Assembly: GCF_000150275.1 (NCBI RefSeq)
Contig: NW_002060947.1
Span: 480,695 to 544,694 of the forward strand
Direction of reading: 5' to 3'
Source of the DNA: Trichoplax adhaerens
Taxonomy: Eukaryota > Animalia > Placozoa
DNA length: 64,000 bases
In this document: positions 23,201-36,679 of the stretch, piece by piece
Position numbering within the stretch: position 1 is the stretch's first letter
How the letters are laid out: every line of letters begins with the position of its first letter
Made by a program: the position numbers and the translations under genes
Notes under the pieces: model-generated
Seen by the model: the letters and a program-made list of their open reading frames with translations, nothing else
Told to the model about the DNA's origin: nothing
The model's database searches: none

Positions 23201-26200
23201 CTATCTCAGAGAACTGTTTGTTAATCTCACTTTCACAGTGAGTTTGCTTTTCTAAAGCCATTTTTAAGTGCTGCTCTAGATCCTTGACTGTATTTTCAGT
23301 AGCGATCAAAGTATTTTCGGTTGCAGCTAATTCTTGATTGCAATTTTCAACGTGTGCTTGACTTTCAGCAAGATTTTCTTCAAGTTCTTGCATATCGCCA
23401 GCTATTTTCGAGTTAATTTCTGTTAAACTAGATATTTTTTGTTGTAAAGATGCCTTCATATTTTGCATTTCCTCTTTAGCTTCGTTGACTTGATTGGACA
23501 TGCCATGCAATTCATCACGAAGTGAAATATTTTCTTCATTACTTGTTCTTAAAGCTTGCTCCATTGATGCAAGTTTAGTTTGCAATTCATTGATGCTTGC
23601 TTGAGCATCTTCAATCTTATCATTTAAATTTTTTAATTTTAAATTTAAATCGTTTATTGTTTGGGTGGCTACTTTATTTTCGGACTCCTGCTCGCTGAGA
23701 GCTTTTGCTAAGCCACTATTTTGATTTTGCAATTTCTAAAATAAAATGAAACCGCCTATGAGGATGTAGTTGTAAATTTGACCAATTTCTATTTTTACAA
23801 TTTAGGAAAGCTTGCTTTCACATTCTTAGTACTGTTACCTCACGATCCATTTTTATTTGGCCAATTTCCACATTTATGGAGGCATTTTCAGTTTCAAGCT
23901 TCGCTTTGCAGTCTAATTGATCGAATGAAATGAATAGACATGAAGTATACTGTACGCTTAGCCTTATAACTTATATTATATGCTACCACAGCAGCTTTAT
24001 AGTTGCTCTATATAACTCCAACCTTGGCTAACTGATAATTTCTGTCGAATGTCATCACAATTTTGTTGAACATCGATGAGCTTACTTTCTATAAATATCA
24101 TTAGATAACATTGGCATTTACATTAAAATTGCTAGCTTGCCCACTTGCTATGTGATGTGAATTATATATTACTTGCTATCGTAATCAGCACACAGTCAGC
24201 AAAAATTTGTCAACATAAATGTACCATTTACTACGCACAATAATTGTTACAGATAAACACGCAACATTTGCTATATCAATTTTTTAAAATATATAAATAT
24301 AGATATACTGTAGATGAACGAAAATGGATTCCATTAATACATATATGGTTATAAAATATTTACCGATCTCTAAAGTTTTTGACTCAAGTAACTCATTCTC
24401 AGCGATAGCTTCTTCTATTTGGTGAGTTAGAGCATTAACGGCAGATTTCGATCGTGATTCTGTATTCATGAGTTCCTAACAAGAAAATGCTCTGATATCT
24501 CAGCGACATTGTACCATTTGAGGAAAAGTTAGCAAAAATAGGCGATTTAAAGACCATAGTAGGTACCTCGTCTTTTACAATTAATTTTTTGTTTATATCG
24601 GCTAACTCTGCTTGGACTTGATTTAATTTGGAAACGTTTACACTTGATTTCATCTAAACAATATACCAATGAATAATTGATTCATGCAAACAAGCTTTAT
24701 GACAAACTATCAGGTTATTGAAGTATTAAAGGTAGTAGCTATCTAGTATATAAAAGCATCAATTGAAAATAAATTATTACGGAACTATCACTATTGAATC
24801 AACTTTCCAAAATTAATCTAAATCGAGTCAGTCGCTAATCAAGATTTAATTTATCTTTTGAGACCTCACGCTGAAGACCTTCATTTTTATGTAAGATATC
24901 ATTGATTTCTTTCTGTAGTGATGCAATAGTTGATTGCTGCTTAGTAGTCTCTTGCAATGCCATCTGCCAAGCAAGTGACATGAGTACAATATATATATAT
25001 TAGCCAAAGCTTAAGGTACGATGAAATCAGTGCAAATTAGCCCGATTGATATAATAAAAATGAAGTATTGGCATACATTTAATTTGCTGTCAATTCGTTT
25101 TTTCTCATCTTGAAGTTTCTGCAATTCCTTGTCTTGCTGAACTCGCTCATAGTTTAGCTGTCGAATACGTTTCTCTAGTCCGCTGCAATCGTTAGTATTA
25201 CATGTTGCAGCTTTCCTTTTCCTGGTGCTAGACGTAGTGATGCTAGCCTAAAAGAAAAATATTTGTTCAGAACTGCTGGTAATGGCATTGATTTTACTAG
25301 CTAGAGTGGACACCAGCTTTAAAACTCGAAAGAAATACTGTATATACCTCAGAGTTAGTTACCGGTTTAACACCACAATGCCTTTTAGCGGGAGTCTCTA
25401 TTAATTAAATAAATAAATGATATTCGTATCATACTAATATTTCATTATTAGATACAGGAAATAGATAGTTGGATAGATAGATTAAGTGTATCAATAAAAT
25501 AGACAGGTTACTGTGGATATTTCTGTTAAGGTAAATGCTATAATAGCTGTTATATATTTATACGTTCGAAATTACAACACATATATTCATTTATTTATTC
25601 TAATATGCTTGTATTTATATTCTAAATGAAAATGTATTATTTTAAGCATTGTATGGCCTAATGTTGTGTATTATTAAGATGGTATAATTGTACATTGCAT
25701 CTCTACCATTTCTCAATTTATCAATCCAAAAGATTTGTAAATATCCTCGTATTATCTGCACTATTTTGTTATGTACAGAAACAGGCATAAGTCGGTACGA
25801 TAATTGAATCTTCTTACCTGTAGTCTTAATTTTATTATTACTATAACCGGCAGCATCTTCATCTTCTATGTGATAGATTAGATTACAACATTCAGTATAA
25901 TTATTTATCAAACTATTTTCATATACATGACATGAGTTGTTAAAAAGAATGAACTATATGATCATGACAACCTCTTAAAAAGATATTAAACCGTATTCGA
26001 GTACATGTGCTGCAGAGACCTGCATGGGTCTTGAAGACCTGATATGCAGTAATCATTGCGTGTACGGTAGATTATAATAATGAATTTTTAAAATTTCAAT
26101 CAAACAATTATCACAACTCATTCGCAAGAATCAGGTAATCTAATTAAAAGAACTGATTATATCTAGGAAAATGAATAACTGTTAATAGTTTACAAAATGT

Positions 26201-27120
26201 CTCACAGACCAGTTGTGACACTACAAGCACCCTAAATTATAGCATACCATTTTGCGAAAACCGTTTCGCTTTATCAAATATAGCAGCACCGGTAGTACCA
26301 GCTTCCGCCTGAAAAGTCTCGTAACTGCCCACAGGTGGCCCTTGTGGAACTACAAGTTTGCGGTAGAAAATATCATATTATCAAAAAAGAGACTAGTGGT
26401 AAAACTAGCGTCAAGCAGGTATCGAGCCCATTTCATTTTTGATTTAATAAAAGTTCAACTAGGATTGGATTTTCAACATTTATATTTGATAACCTATGAT
26501 TGGTCGACGATCGAGATAGGATGCAAGCAAAACATGCTGATTATTGCTAAGTAGTAAAGCACAGTAAATCAGCCTAGATACTGTGGATATTATATACGTT
26601 TAATTTAATTTATGAGGCAAGATGTTATGATTCCTCTTCTTATCTTGTAAAAATAGGTATTGCTTACTCCTCTACCTTGACCATTGACTGATTACCGAAT
26701 TTGAAAACTACGTTTTTGCAATACTATGAGTGTATGGCATTAACACATAGTATCAGCTAAGTGAGACATCCAAGGATTTTCTAAATCAACCCATTATTGG
26801 CTATCCGATGTAGAAGTGACTGTACTGTACACTGAGGTAATCCTTTTCTTGTTGATTTTCTAAATCAACAAATTACTGTCTATCCGAAGTCAATGTACAT
26901 GGAGGTAAATCAACAAAATACTGTGCATCCGATCTAGTAATCAATGCACGTGGAGGTAATTCTTTAATCCATTACTAGTTAGACGATCGGCTATCCAAAA
27001 AAAATCGAACGTAAGCATGGTAACAACCCACTAGACTTGATCGCGATGTTAATCCATTACATAACATTGCCAATGATGCAACTTACCTTCTTCGATGAAT
27101 CGTTTTGCTCGAGGGAACAT
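20205..27120 (-). CDS. HMMR: Hyaluronan-mediated motility receptor (RHAMM), spindle/centrosome coiled-coil protein, multi-exon
   Basis: N-terminus MFPRAKRFIEE|VPQGPPVGSYE...IFDKAKRF matches the HMMR microtubule-binding motifs, followed by a long coiled coil. The C-terminal signature LSKNYAKLLGHQNNKQKIQHIKRIKEENLRLKQ is at about 20510-20615. Ends TTSVKKSR-TAA. Confidence 0.92.
26772..26962. repeat. Degenerate tandem repeat, 60-80 bp x3, in HMMR intron 1
   Basis: TAAATCAAC...CTATCCGA...TGTACA..GAGGTAA recurs three times. Confidence 0.7.
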
Positions 27121-28620
27121 TTCCTATTCTGCAACGTAATACTACAATTTGTTTCTATGCGTAAGATAGATTTCTTTCACCAGTGCAAGATGGCTATAAC
27201 TTGTTTCTTCTTACCTCGTTGACAGATTTGTGATCACCAAGACGAATTGCAATCTATTTCAATCAACGAGATCGGACTAATATGATCCAACTGAGTGACA
27301 GAGGCAACGGATCCTAATAATGTGCTAAGGGAGGTTGGGCACGTAGTAGCGAATTCGAGACCAATATCGGTCCAAATATTGTTGTTTACTATTGGCTTTG
27401 GTAGGCGTTAAGTCAGGATTGCAATATTATTTGCGGTTGAAATTTGAAATTTTAATTTATTCGGTTATTTATTCGACGGTTTATGCCGGTGTGTGTACAG
27501 CTCAATGTACCGTGCATGTCTCGAGTCAACAGCAATCGACTAGAGTACAGGACTGTATTAGCAAATACAGTATCTCGAACCTCCTCCTCTACATACAATA
27601 CATTTTGTTGCCTCTATGAAGCCACTTTATTTAATTCGATGAGATAGAAAAAACTTTGCACCTTGTGCATTGCCATGCAGTTAGACTGTATGTCTTTTCC
27701 TATTTTACTTGTGCAAGCACGCTCATCTTTCCAAGTTGAAACTTAGAAGGATTAGCCTGCACGCTACCAAATTGTCTAAGTATGACTTATCATTCTGAGT
27801 TTGGCCTACTCTACAACATCCAATTGTCCATCTATAAGCCACAGACCCACTAATTCTTAGCAAAATGGAAGAATTATAGCCCCCAAATCCCTAATTTGCT
27901 TCCAAAATGCGATAGGTAGCACCGCATTAAGTTGCAATGTTGACAAGTCTGATGAAAAATTGAGGAATCAATCGTCTCCTTCACTTGATTATATAGTATC
28001 CCATTCAGTAGATTGCACTGAACTATTTTAACTAGAGTCTCATCGAGTATCGGTGATACTATCGCCCGTTCCTACCGCTATAACCGCCAACCATTTCAAT
28101 TTTCTGTTAGCCAATCAGCGTTCGAAAACGCAACGTCGCCAACTCAAATTCCAAAGGACGTCCGGTGTCCGGTGTCTGTAAAAATGGATGCGAAGGATAT
28201 ACTACTGTATTACACACTACTGCCGTATTCATACTAACCAGTAAAACGATCGCGGCGATAGGCTAGGGGACTTGTATGCTGGACAAAATCAGGACTAATT
28301 CTGACAGACGGACAGAACTACGCATAACGTCTCGATCCAGTCTTGAAAGAAAGGATATCATTACCAAGGAAACAGTTCGAATTTGAACGGATGCTATGAG
28401 ATGACAAGAAGTGGCAATTTAGCCTACTCGTCAACGTCTATATGATAATGAACTCATAAGATCATCATTAACGTCAGTATTGGATAATTGTTGTAATTTT
28501 TAAAACATCAGTATATCATCTACAAGGAAAATAGAAGTAATTGGACCAGTAGACGTACGGTAGTTCCGGCTATTTCGTTTATTTATATTAGTATTGGATT
28601 GGCAAGGGGATCATTATAGC

Positions 28621-31600
28621 ATGGACCGCAGTATGGCTTCTGACGCAGATCGACTATTTCTAGAAGATCAAGGTAAGTAAAACGATTCAATGTGGTGATA
28701 ATTCAAACTAGGAAAGGATGCTTGTGATATCTCAGCGGAGGATATGGATTGAAGTAGACGATCGCATAAATTGATACTACTGTATGATCAACTATCAACA
28801 AGGCGTAATAACAATACAGGATAGCGGCTAAGTCATCCAACATCGATCAATCAACATGATACACTTGCGCTCGTCCATTATTATTATTGCTTATGTGATT
28901 GCTTACTATCCTACAATGATTGCATTTAGCCTTTTCTGATTGAAAACACGATATATTTCACGACTGCCATAGTCACCAGTTCAACGTCTCCACGTACAAT
29001 TTCAACACTCGTATACTATAGTTATAGAGCTCTCACAGAATATTGACGTACGCGTATAGTCATAAAATGAACAACATGTTAGTCATATTGATACCCTATG
29101 CGAATGACCTAAATATTTCCAATGTATGATTATGATTAGTTATCGTTCATCTGTCTACATTATTGCATGATCAGTGTATCATTACATCATAGGAATAGAA
29201 CTAAAAATGCAACAGTGCAATGTGTTGGCTATATTTCTATCCATTTTCATACAGTCGCTTACATGTACACTGCGGAAAGATGTTAAATGCACATTAACAT
29301 ATTTTAACCGACGAATACTAAACCTTAGTGGTAGTGTTTATAGTCTGAATAATTTAAATTGATCAAATATTGATATTCACGGATATGTCGTATAGTTATG
29401 TTTAATATTTCTCTCTCTAATGGATAAATTCAAATAGTTTGCAAAATTGCAATGAAGTAATTTTGTACCAATCTATTTAATTACAAAGAAATATAACAGT
29501 TGTTGTTATAGCGAAGACTATCACACTAAACGTTTTTATTTTGATCATATCAATATTGGCGTGCTCTAAATCTTTCCTAATATTTTGCACATTTTAAATT
29601 GCAGAAGACAAAAATTATTTGTATCATACTCTTTATAAGTAAAATTCTCGCGTTATGTGCTAATCGACTCACTTACTTATGACTGCAATATTTGCCATGT
29701 TGATATAGTGATAGACAAGACAGTAGTACATCTATAAAGATTCCAAGTTCAATTCCACTAATACATAATTACAGCTGATTATGAATTAAAGAAATTTTAC
29801 ATTACTTAAAGCCATCAAATTATAAGTTTTTAATATTCATCAATTATGTGACACCGATACTATAGTGCGACGCTTGAATACAGCTTTAGCCCGATATCGG
29901 GCTAAATATCCTCCACTAAGCGATGACGAACAACTTGCTCAGGTAAACTCCTATAATAACATGGAATAACAGAAAATTGCTGAATTTCGTTTATGTTTTA
30001 TCAGCCTTGACTGCAAACACTAGCAATAATTAATCCATGTATTCATATTTTAGAAACTCGATCCAACATTATTGCAATTATCGACCGATCGAAGGTAAAA
30101 TATAGATACATTATGGTAAATTACTGTAATATTGTAACAATCTGCATTCATTTTAAAATAATGATAATAGAAATTATGTACTAGCTGTGTTATGTTCATG
30201 TGATCTGCTTTTCAATGATTACACATAGTTTGATGACACCATTATTACAAGAATATGAAGACACAATCACCTTACTTAAGAGTGAAATTCAGTTTTATAA
30301 GGTAACTAGCGTAATTTTGTAGAATTATTAACATTATTTTTACGTTCATAAAAACTAATCATGATTATGTATGTATTTATTTTCATTAAATTTCTATGAT
30401 TAGTCTCAAGTTGATTCATTTAAGGATAGAACCGGTGAGCTCGTTAGCGAAAACAAAAAGTAAGACATAGAATGATTTAGTTAGCAGCACTACTATATAC
30501 TGTACTACAGAACATTTAAAGCGATCCATTATTTGTATAGATTGTATACTGAATTAAAGCAAATAACTCTCAATGCTGGAGAAATGAAGGCATCAACTTA
30601 TAGTCCTCCTATATTGCCCGTGGATACCGCAAAAGGAGATTTACACGAACGATTTCAAGCATTATCACAAGTAACTAATAGAATAGTACTACAGAATTTA
30701 ATATTTTAAAATCCAAATCTTTATCTATCTTATAAATTGATGATAGGAAAAGGATAGATACGTTGAACTATGGCAACTACAATCTCGAGATTTAAAATCT
30801 ATTCGGCAACAGTTTGAGGTAAAAATGATAATAACTCCAATAAAATGACAGTATAAAGTATTAATATCTAATAAAACCACTTTTGGGATATGAAGTAGTA
30901 CAATGTAATATTCCATTCTAATATATTTAATTAATCATATCGGGCAGGAACAATCACAAGAGCTGCAGAAAAAGGCTTTGGAATTAATTGCTACTCAGGT
31001 ATGCACGTCTCATGCATTTGGATAGCTTTATCCTTATTCTAGTAGTAAAGGAGCAGTGGCATAGATCAACAACTTACTATTTTCTAATAGGAACAACTGG
31101 ATGAAATAGTGCGTGGAATGGAAGAAACAAAACAGGAAAATCGGCGATTAAAATCTGTATGCTTTCGATCATCAATTATTAATTTGCTTTAAGGTAGCAA
31201 TACTTGCTAGCTAGTGGAGCACTCTTATTAATTACAGCCAATATTTTTTTGCAGGAATATCAAAAGTCTAGTCACCATAATAAGTTACAAACTGAAGAAC
31301 TGGAGACATTGCAAAACGAATTGAGGTAGGGTGAATTAAGTTAAAGAATTTTATCTATAGGATTCTTGCAATCTTACTATCTATGGATGTAATTACCTTA
31401 GGAAAGGCAAGGCGGAAATGCGAACTTTACAAGCCAATAAGCTAGAAATGAGAAGATTACTAGATAATGTATCAGATAGAATGAAAGAAAAGGTAATGTA
31501 ACTGTGGAATGAGCAGTTAGTGTGATAGATTAAAATAATATTACACATACCAAACAATTGGCTAAAGTTCATCAATACTTGAAAGGAAAAACAAGTGGAA

Positions 31601-34600
31601 GGGGCATCGTATAGAGATAAAACAATGGAATCACAAATACAAGACATGCAAAGAAAATTAGTTGAAATGGATGCAAGGTAGCACAGAATTTTACTGTGAA
31701 TACATAATATCTAATCATTACCTTAACAATAATCATAGAAGAATTATTCCAATAGATTTAAAACTTCAGTTGGAGAAGTTAAGCGTTTACAATTAGAACG
31801 CGGTGAATTAGAGGAAAGATTAGCACTCATACAAAAGAAAGGGTATGTAAACCAAGAAAGTTAAATTGTTAATGTAAAATTAATTTGATTGTTCCTTATT
31901 TTTAACAAATATAGAGTTCTATTCCAACTAAAATTCAAACTACTTCATTTATATTAGAGCTGATTATGAACAGCGAGAATACGAAGCAGTTAAGCGAGTT
32001 CGAGATAGCATTCAATTAGTCGAGAATGCAATGCTAGAAAGAGATCAGGTTTAACCTTCGATAAATTCATAATCATTTTATTTACATGACTTAATGCTTA
32101 GACATAACAAAAGTCTATCGATTCTTTATTTATCTATACTGTAGGCCCTTATTAATGAACAACAAAAAAATTTAGAAGCGATGCGCCTACAAGAAGAAAT
32201 TTCTAAACTAATGAATCAAAATCAAGATAAAACGCGCGATGAAGTTGAAGCTACTCGGAAACATTATAACCGGACTATTAATAAATTGTCGGAAGATATA
32301 CAGTCTGCAGAGTTTGTAAGCTGGAACAGTAAAGATCTCGAATATCTTTTATGTAGTAATGTTCCAAGTTGTAATAGTAATGACATATCTGTCTATACTA
32401 ATATTTATAGGAATTGGATGAGAGAAAATTAGAAATTGAAAAACTCCAACGAGAGAAGAGATTGCTAGAACAAGAATTACTCAAGGTAAGCAACACTACC
32501 CATATTACTATCGTATATATCCATTTCATGTAATATGGTGGCATAGTTTACGGGAAAATTTACCTTATCTAGAATTAACGACGTATATCTTCTCAACATG
32601 ATTTCTTTACCACCAATATTGTTTATAAAATTTCAGTTTTTTTCTGTTTGCCGTACTTGTATTGTAAGATACTGAAGCTTCAGCACTGCAAGCTGGCTCA
32701 TATAGTTGCTAGAACTAAAATCTCACGCAACTTAGAAGTGTGATATTATGCTTGTAATAGCATTGTAATTAACCATCGGATTTGAAATAGGCAAACTCTG
32801 CCGAAACTAGGGAAGATGTCCGATCATATAATCAAATTGAACAATATCAATCCAGAGCCTGTATCGCTGAAAGAGCTAGAGATGAAGCTCTTCTTAAAGT
32901 AGATCAGCTTCAATCTGTTCTTCGGTCTATGGACAGCAGGTAGAGCACTTCCAATTATAATACTACATCTTATTATTTAATATTTCTAATAACCAACTGC
33001 AAATGGCAATAACAATGTGGCTCATGTTTTTGCATTTTATCTCTACAACGACAGTTATCGAGACGATAAAAATCATCTCCTCACTCAGAATGAGGAGTTA
33101 AAGCAACGTCTAAAACAACTACAGAATGAATGCGAAACTATTAGTGAAAATAGGCTAAAAATACTAAGTAAGCCTAAATCTATATAAGAAAGAAAGCTAG
33201 AACAATTATTATAAGTCAACATAGAATGAAATGAATGTCAAAACTGATAACATGGTTCGGCTTATGACCGTAGTAGACAAAATTACGATTTCATTTCTAT
33301 TATGATTCTCATGGCAAATACTTGCTATGGTTCTTTAATTAACACTCTAGGCCAAGTCGATTCTTTACAACGTGAAGTTAGGATATCGGAACAGAAACAA
33401 ATGACTGGTGAACAAAAATACTTAAAAGAAATATCAACTTTAGAAAATAAAATCCAGTTGAGGGAGCGTGAATTTCAAGCTCAATTAAAAAATAGCGAAA
33501 ATGTTTCTTGGCAATCATCTCAAGAAATAAGAACTCTTTTACTTTCACAACAACGTGCTACGACAAAATGGCGAGAGGAATCAAAGGGTATGGCCTCAAA
33601 ATATGAAGCCCATGTTAATCAATCACGGAACGAAGTACATAAATTAAAGCAGCAAAATGAAGAATTGATAACCAGCTCCAGATTAGCCAAGGATGCGATA
33701 GAAAAGGTGAAGCTAATGGAGCATAGCTGAAATAAATATTGTCATAATTTTTTCTACTAAACGTATATTACTATAACTTTACAGTATTTTATATGTCTTG
33801 CTTTCATCCTTACGTCCATTACTAGCTAGATAAATAGAAACAATTCTATACATAATATTAACTAAATTTTGGAATTAGAATTAAGCTTGTTCATATTTAT
33901 ATTAATTAGCTAACTAGAAAATTGAAAGACTCTCAGGCTAGTGAAAATCGTCTAAAACGATCCTTACAGGAAACTGAAGAGCAAATGAAGGAATCATCGC
34001 AAAAGGTAGAATTGAAATAACTTTCATATATAGCAGTGCATGTTTAGCTTTTTCGTGGACTGTAGCTCTCAGTAAAACTCTAAATAAGCTTTGAGTGCTT
34101 TATGTCCAATATTTTATATAACTTTTTTGAATTTTAGTAGCTGCGTCCCAAGTTATTGCATTGTTCGTAATAATTAATTTAGGTTCCTGTATAAAATATT
34201 AGCAGTGCTTGAAACTGTAATGATTTAAGTTTAAGAGCAGTGAACGAATTATTTCCCGGGCCTTGATTAGAGATTTCATTACTATAGAGTACCGTAACAT
34301 TAAAAATTGATGATTAGAGTGCCATTAGGAATAATCACAGAGGCATCAGTGAAAAAAGAGTCTAGCCTAATCAATAATTTTTCATTCTTTTATAAACGAC
34401 TAAAGTACTATAAATAGTATAAGGGCTGTAATTTTTGAATCTCCAAATTTTTCACTAGTAATCACAGGAAAGTAGTATTTCCCTCGTATTATTCTAAAGA
34501 TGCATAGAATTGCCTTTTAATCATGACTAAGCGTTTATTGGAATGTCACAAAATTTTATGAGGACTCTATCCGATAATTATAGTATTGTAATAATAACCA

Positions 34601-35365
34601 ATATTAGAAGACAGGAAAATGAATGAAATGTATGCTTAATCAATTTTGCCATCTCTAGCTTTCAAGTCTATTGTCCAGAGAGAGGCAAATACTAGACGAA
34701 AGGAAGCTACTCTTAAAAGAAATTGATAAACTTCGATTAGAATCTGGAAGATCGTTTAGGTATAGCACCTTAACTGGCTAAATTCGGTTGAATTGAAGAG
34801 CGCATTAAAAAATTTGATTGAATAGAATTTTTTCATTTTAAGCCAAACTAATCATTAAAAAACAGCTATAAATACTAAAATTAAGCTTAAGTGTAGGCAG
34901 ATGATCGATCCATTCCATTAAAACTTTTTTCATCAACTGTTTTAGGGATCAATCAATTAGAAGATTTGGAGGCGAATCATCCAATCTTTTCAATACAACA
35001 GGTGGTAACATCCAATCTTCAGCTCCTTTACGAAATTACAGCGGAATGGCTAATCCTACTATACTTACTGATAAACCACTTAATTCTCAAACTAAGCCTT
35101 CTACAGTTAAGCCCCAAGTCGTTAAAAAAATTAAAAGTAGTCGAAGTAGGTGAGTGCAATCAGGCTTTCGCCTTCTGTAACAATTATAATAAGTATTCTA
35201 GTCAATCTTTATACCTTGCGAATAGTATTACAAACAGATCATCTACAATCCTCACCGATAAATATTTTCATTCATTACATTCGCAGTTCAAGGTCTCAGT
35301 TATTGGATGATGGCAGTTCTAGAGCGTCTTCTGAAGGCTATAATCGTATATCTGATTATTTATAA
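28621..35365 (+). CDS. SCLT1: Sodium channel and clathrin linker 1 (centriole distal-appendage coiled-coil protein), multi-exon
   Basis: MASDADRLFLEDQ|VRRLNTALARY...LMTPLLQEYEDTI..LKSEIQFYK...LVSENKRLYTELK, REYEAVKRVRDSIQLVENAMLERDQALI and LLLSQQRATTKWREE match SCLT1 as I recall it. The last exon ends RISDYL-TAA. Confidence 0.87.
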
Positions 35366-36679
35366 CTAAAATATATGAACTATAATATATGAAAGCAAGC
35401 GTGTAATACATATTTTATAATTTATTTAGTATGTATTAATGTAATCATATTGATTTCCTATTTCTATAGTAGCTTTAGAGACTTTCTCCATTATGGCTTT
35501 TAATTTTATTTTAAAGGGTGATAAAATAAGTTTAAGCTTATCCCACTCTCAATCGTTAATATGTTTTATCGAACTTTCTTTCATTTAATTTAAATCATAA
35601 AAATTATTTTCTTAACCTGATACAGTCTCAATTAACTACTCCATTTTTAATTCAATCCTTGTAAGCAAAGAAATAAGCTAATGTAAAGAAATTTAGTTCT
35701 ATTATCGACTGAATAATGTATTGATAATTATTAGATAGAGTTTAATGAAATAAAAGTGTGTATCTTTGATTTATTATTAAATAAGATTTAACTTGCTTTT
35801 ATATATATACTAAAGAACTAGCGATATGTGTAGAGACTATTTTAAGAAGATGGCGATTCATATCCTTGATTGTATTGCTTAAAATAAAAGGAAAAATGAA
35901 CTGATGTCTTTATTTCCGATAGACACCCTATAATAACTAAGTGCTATCACTATGAGGTAAGATAGAGGGGAATTTGTGTTGATTTAAAACGTTGTTTTTA
36001 TTCCATTGATTCACAAATATTGGCCTTATCAAATTGAGATATGATCAACTCTTTTTATGCAATTAATTGATTAATAAAATGGTCATTGTGACTAAACCCT
36101 ATCGTATGAAGTCAGCTAATGATCTTACACATTACCATATTAAAAAGTAATTACATAATATAGTGCAGCTCAGTTACGAGATAATATTGGTATGTATTAT
36201 TTATGATTAACTGCGCAATAATACACCAGAAAACGGATAATCAGCTAATAGAATCAATTGTAGTATAGATTAAATAAACAGATAAATTGAATTCGCCCTT
36301 AATTCATCAAATATATTATAAAACCTATATCTCAAAAGCCATTGATCAGTCACTATATCGACTACAAACGCGAAAAAATTTAGACAACAAAAAGAATGGT
36401 TTACTATGATAATTAAATTCATTTTCGATATATGAAATCAGAAAAAATTGATCGATAAATTTTACTGAGTGATTGATTAGGCAGTTAAACTATATTGCAG
36501 AAGTTAATGGGCGAAAATAGTGGTACCTTAATGAAATTTATGATGATCGAAAATTAATGCTATCGTTTTAATCTTCGATTCTACGTGTGATCACTACTTA
36601 ATATCCGAAGATATCAATCAATCTTCTCTCGCATACATCATCAATGAGTAATGGAGCCCAAATCAATTGGTTAACCCGA

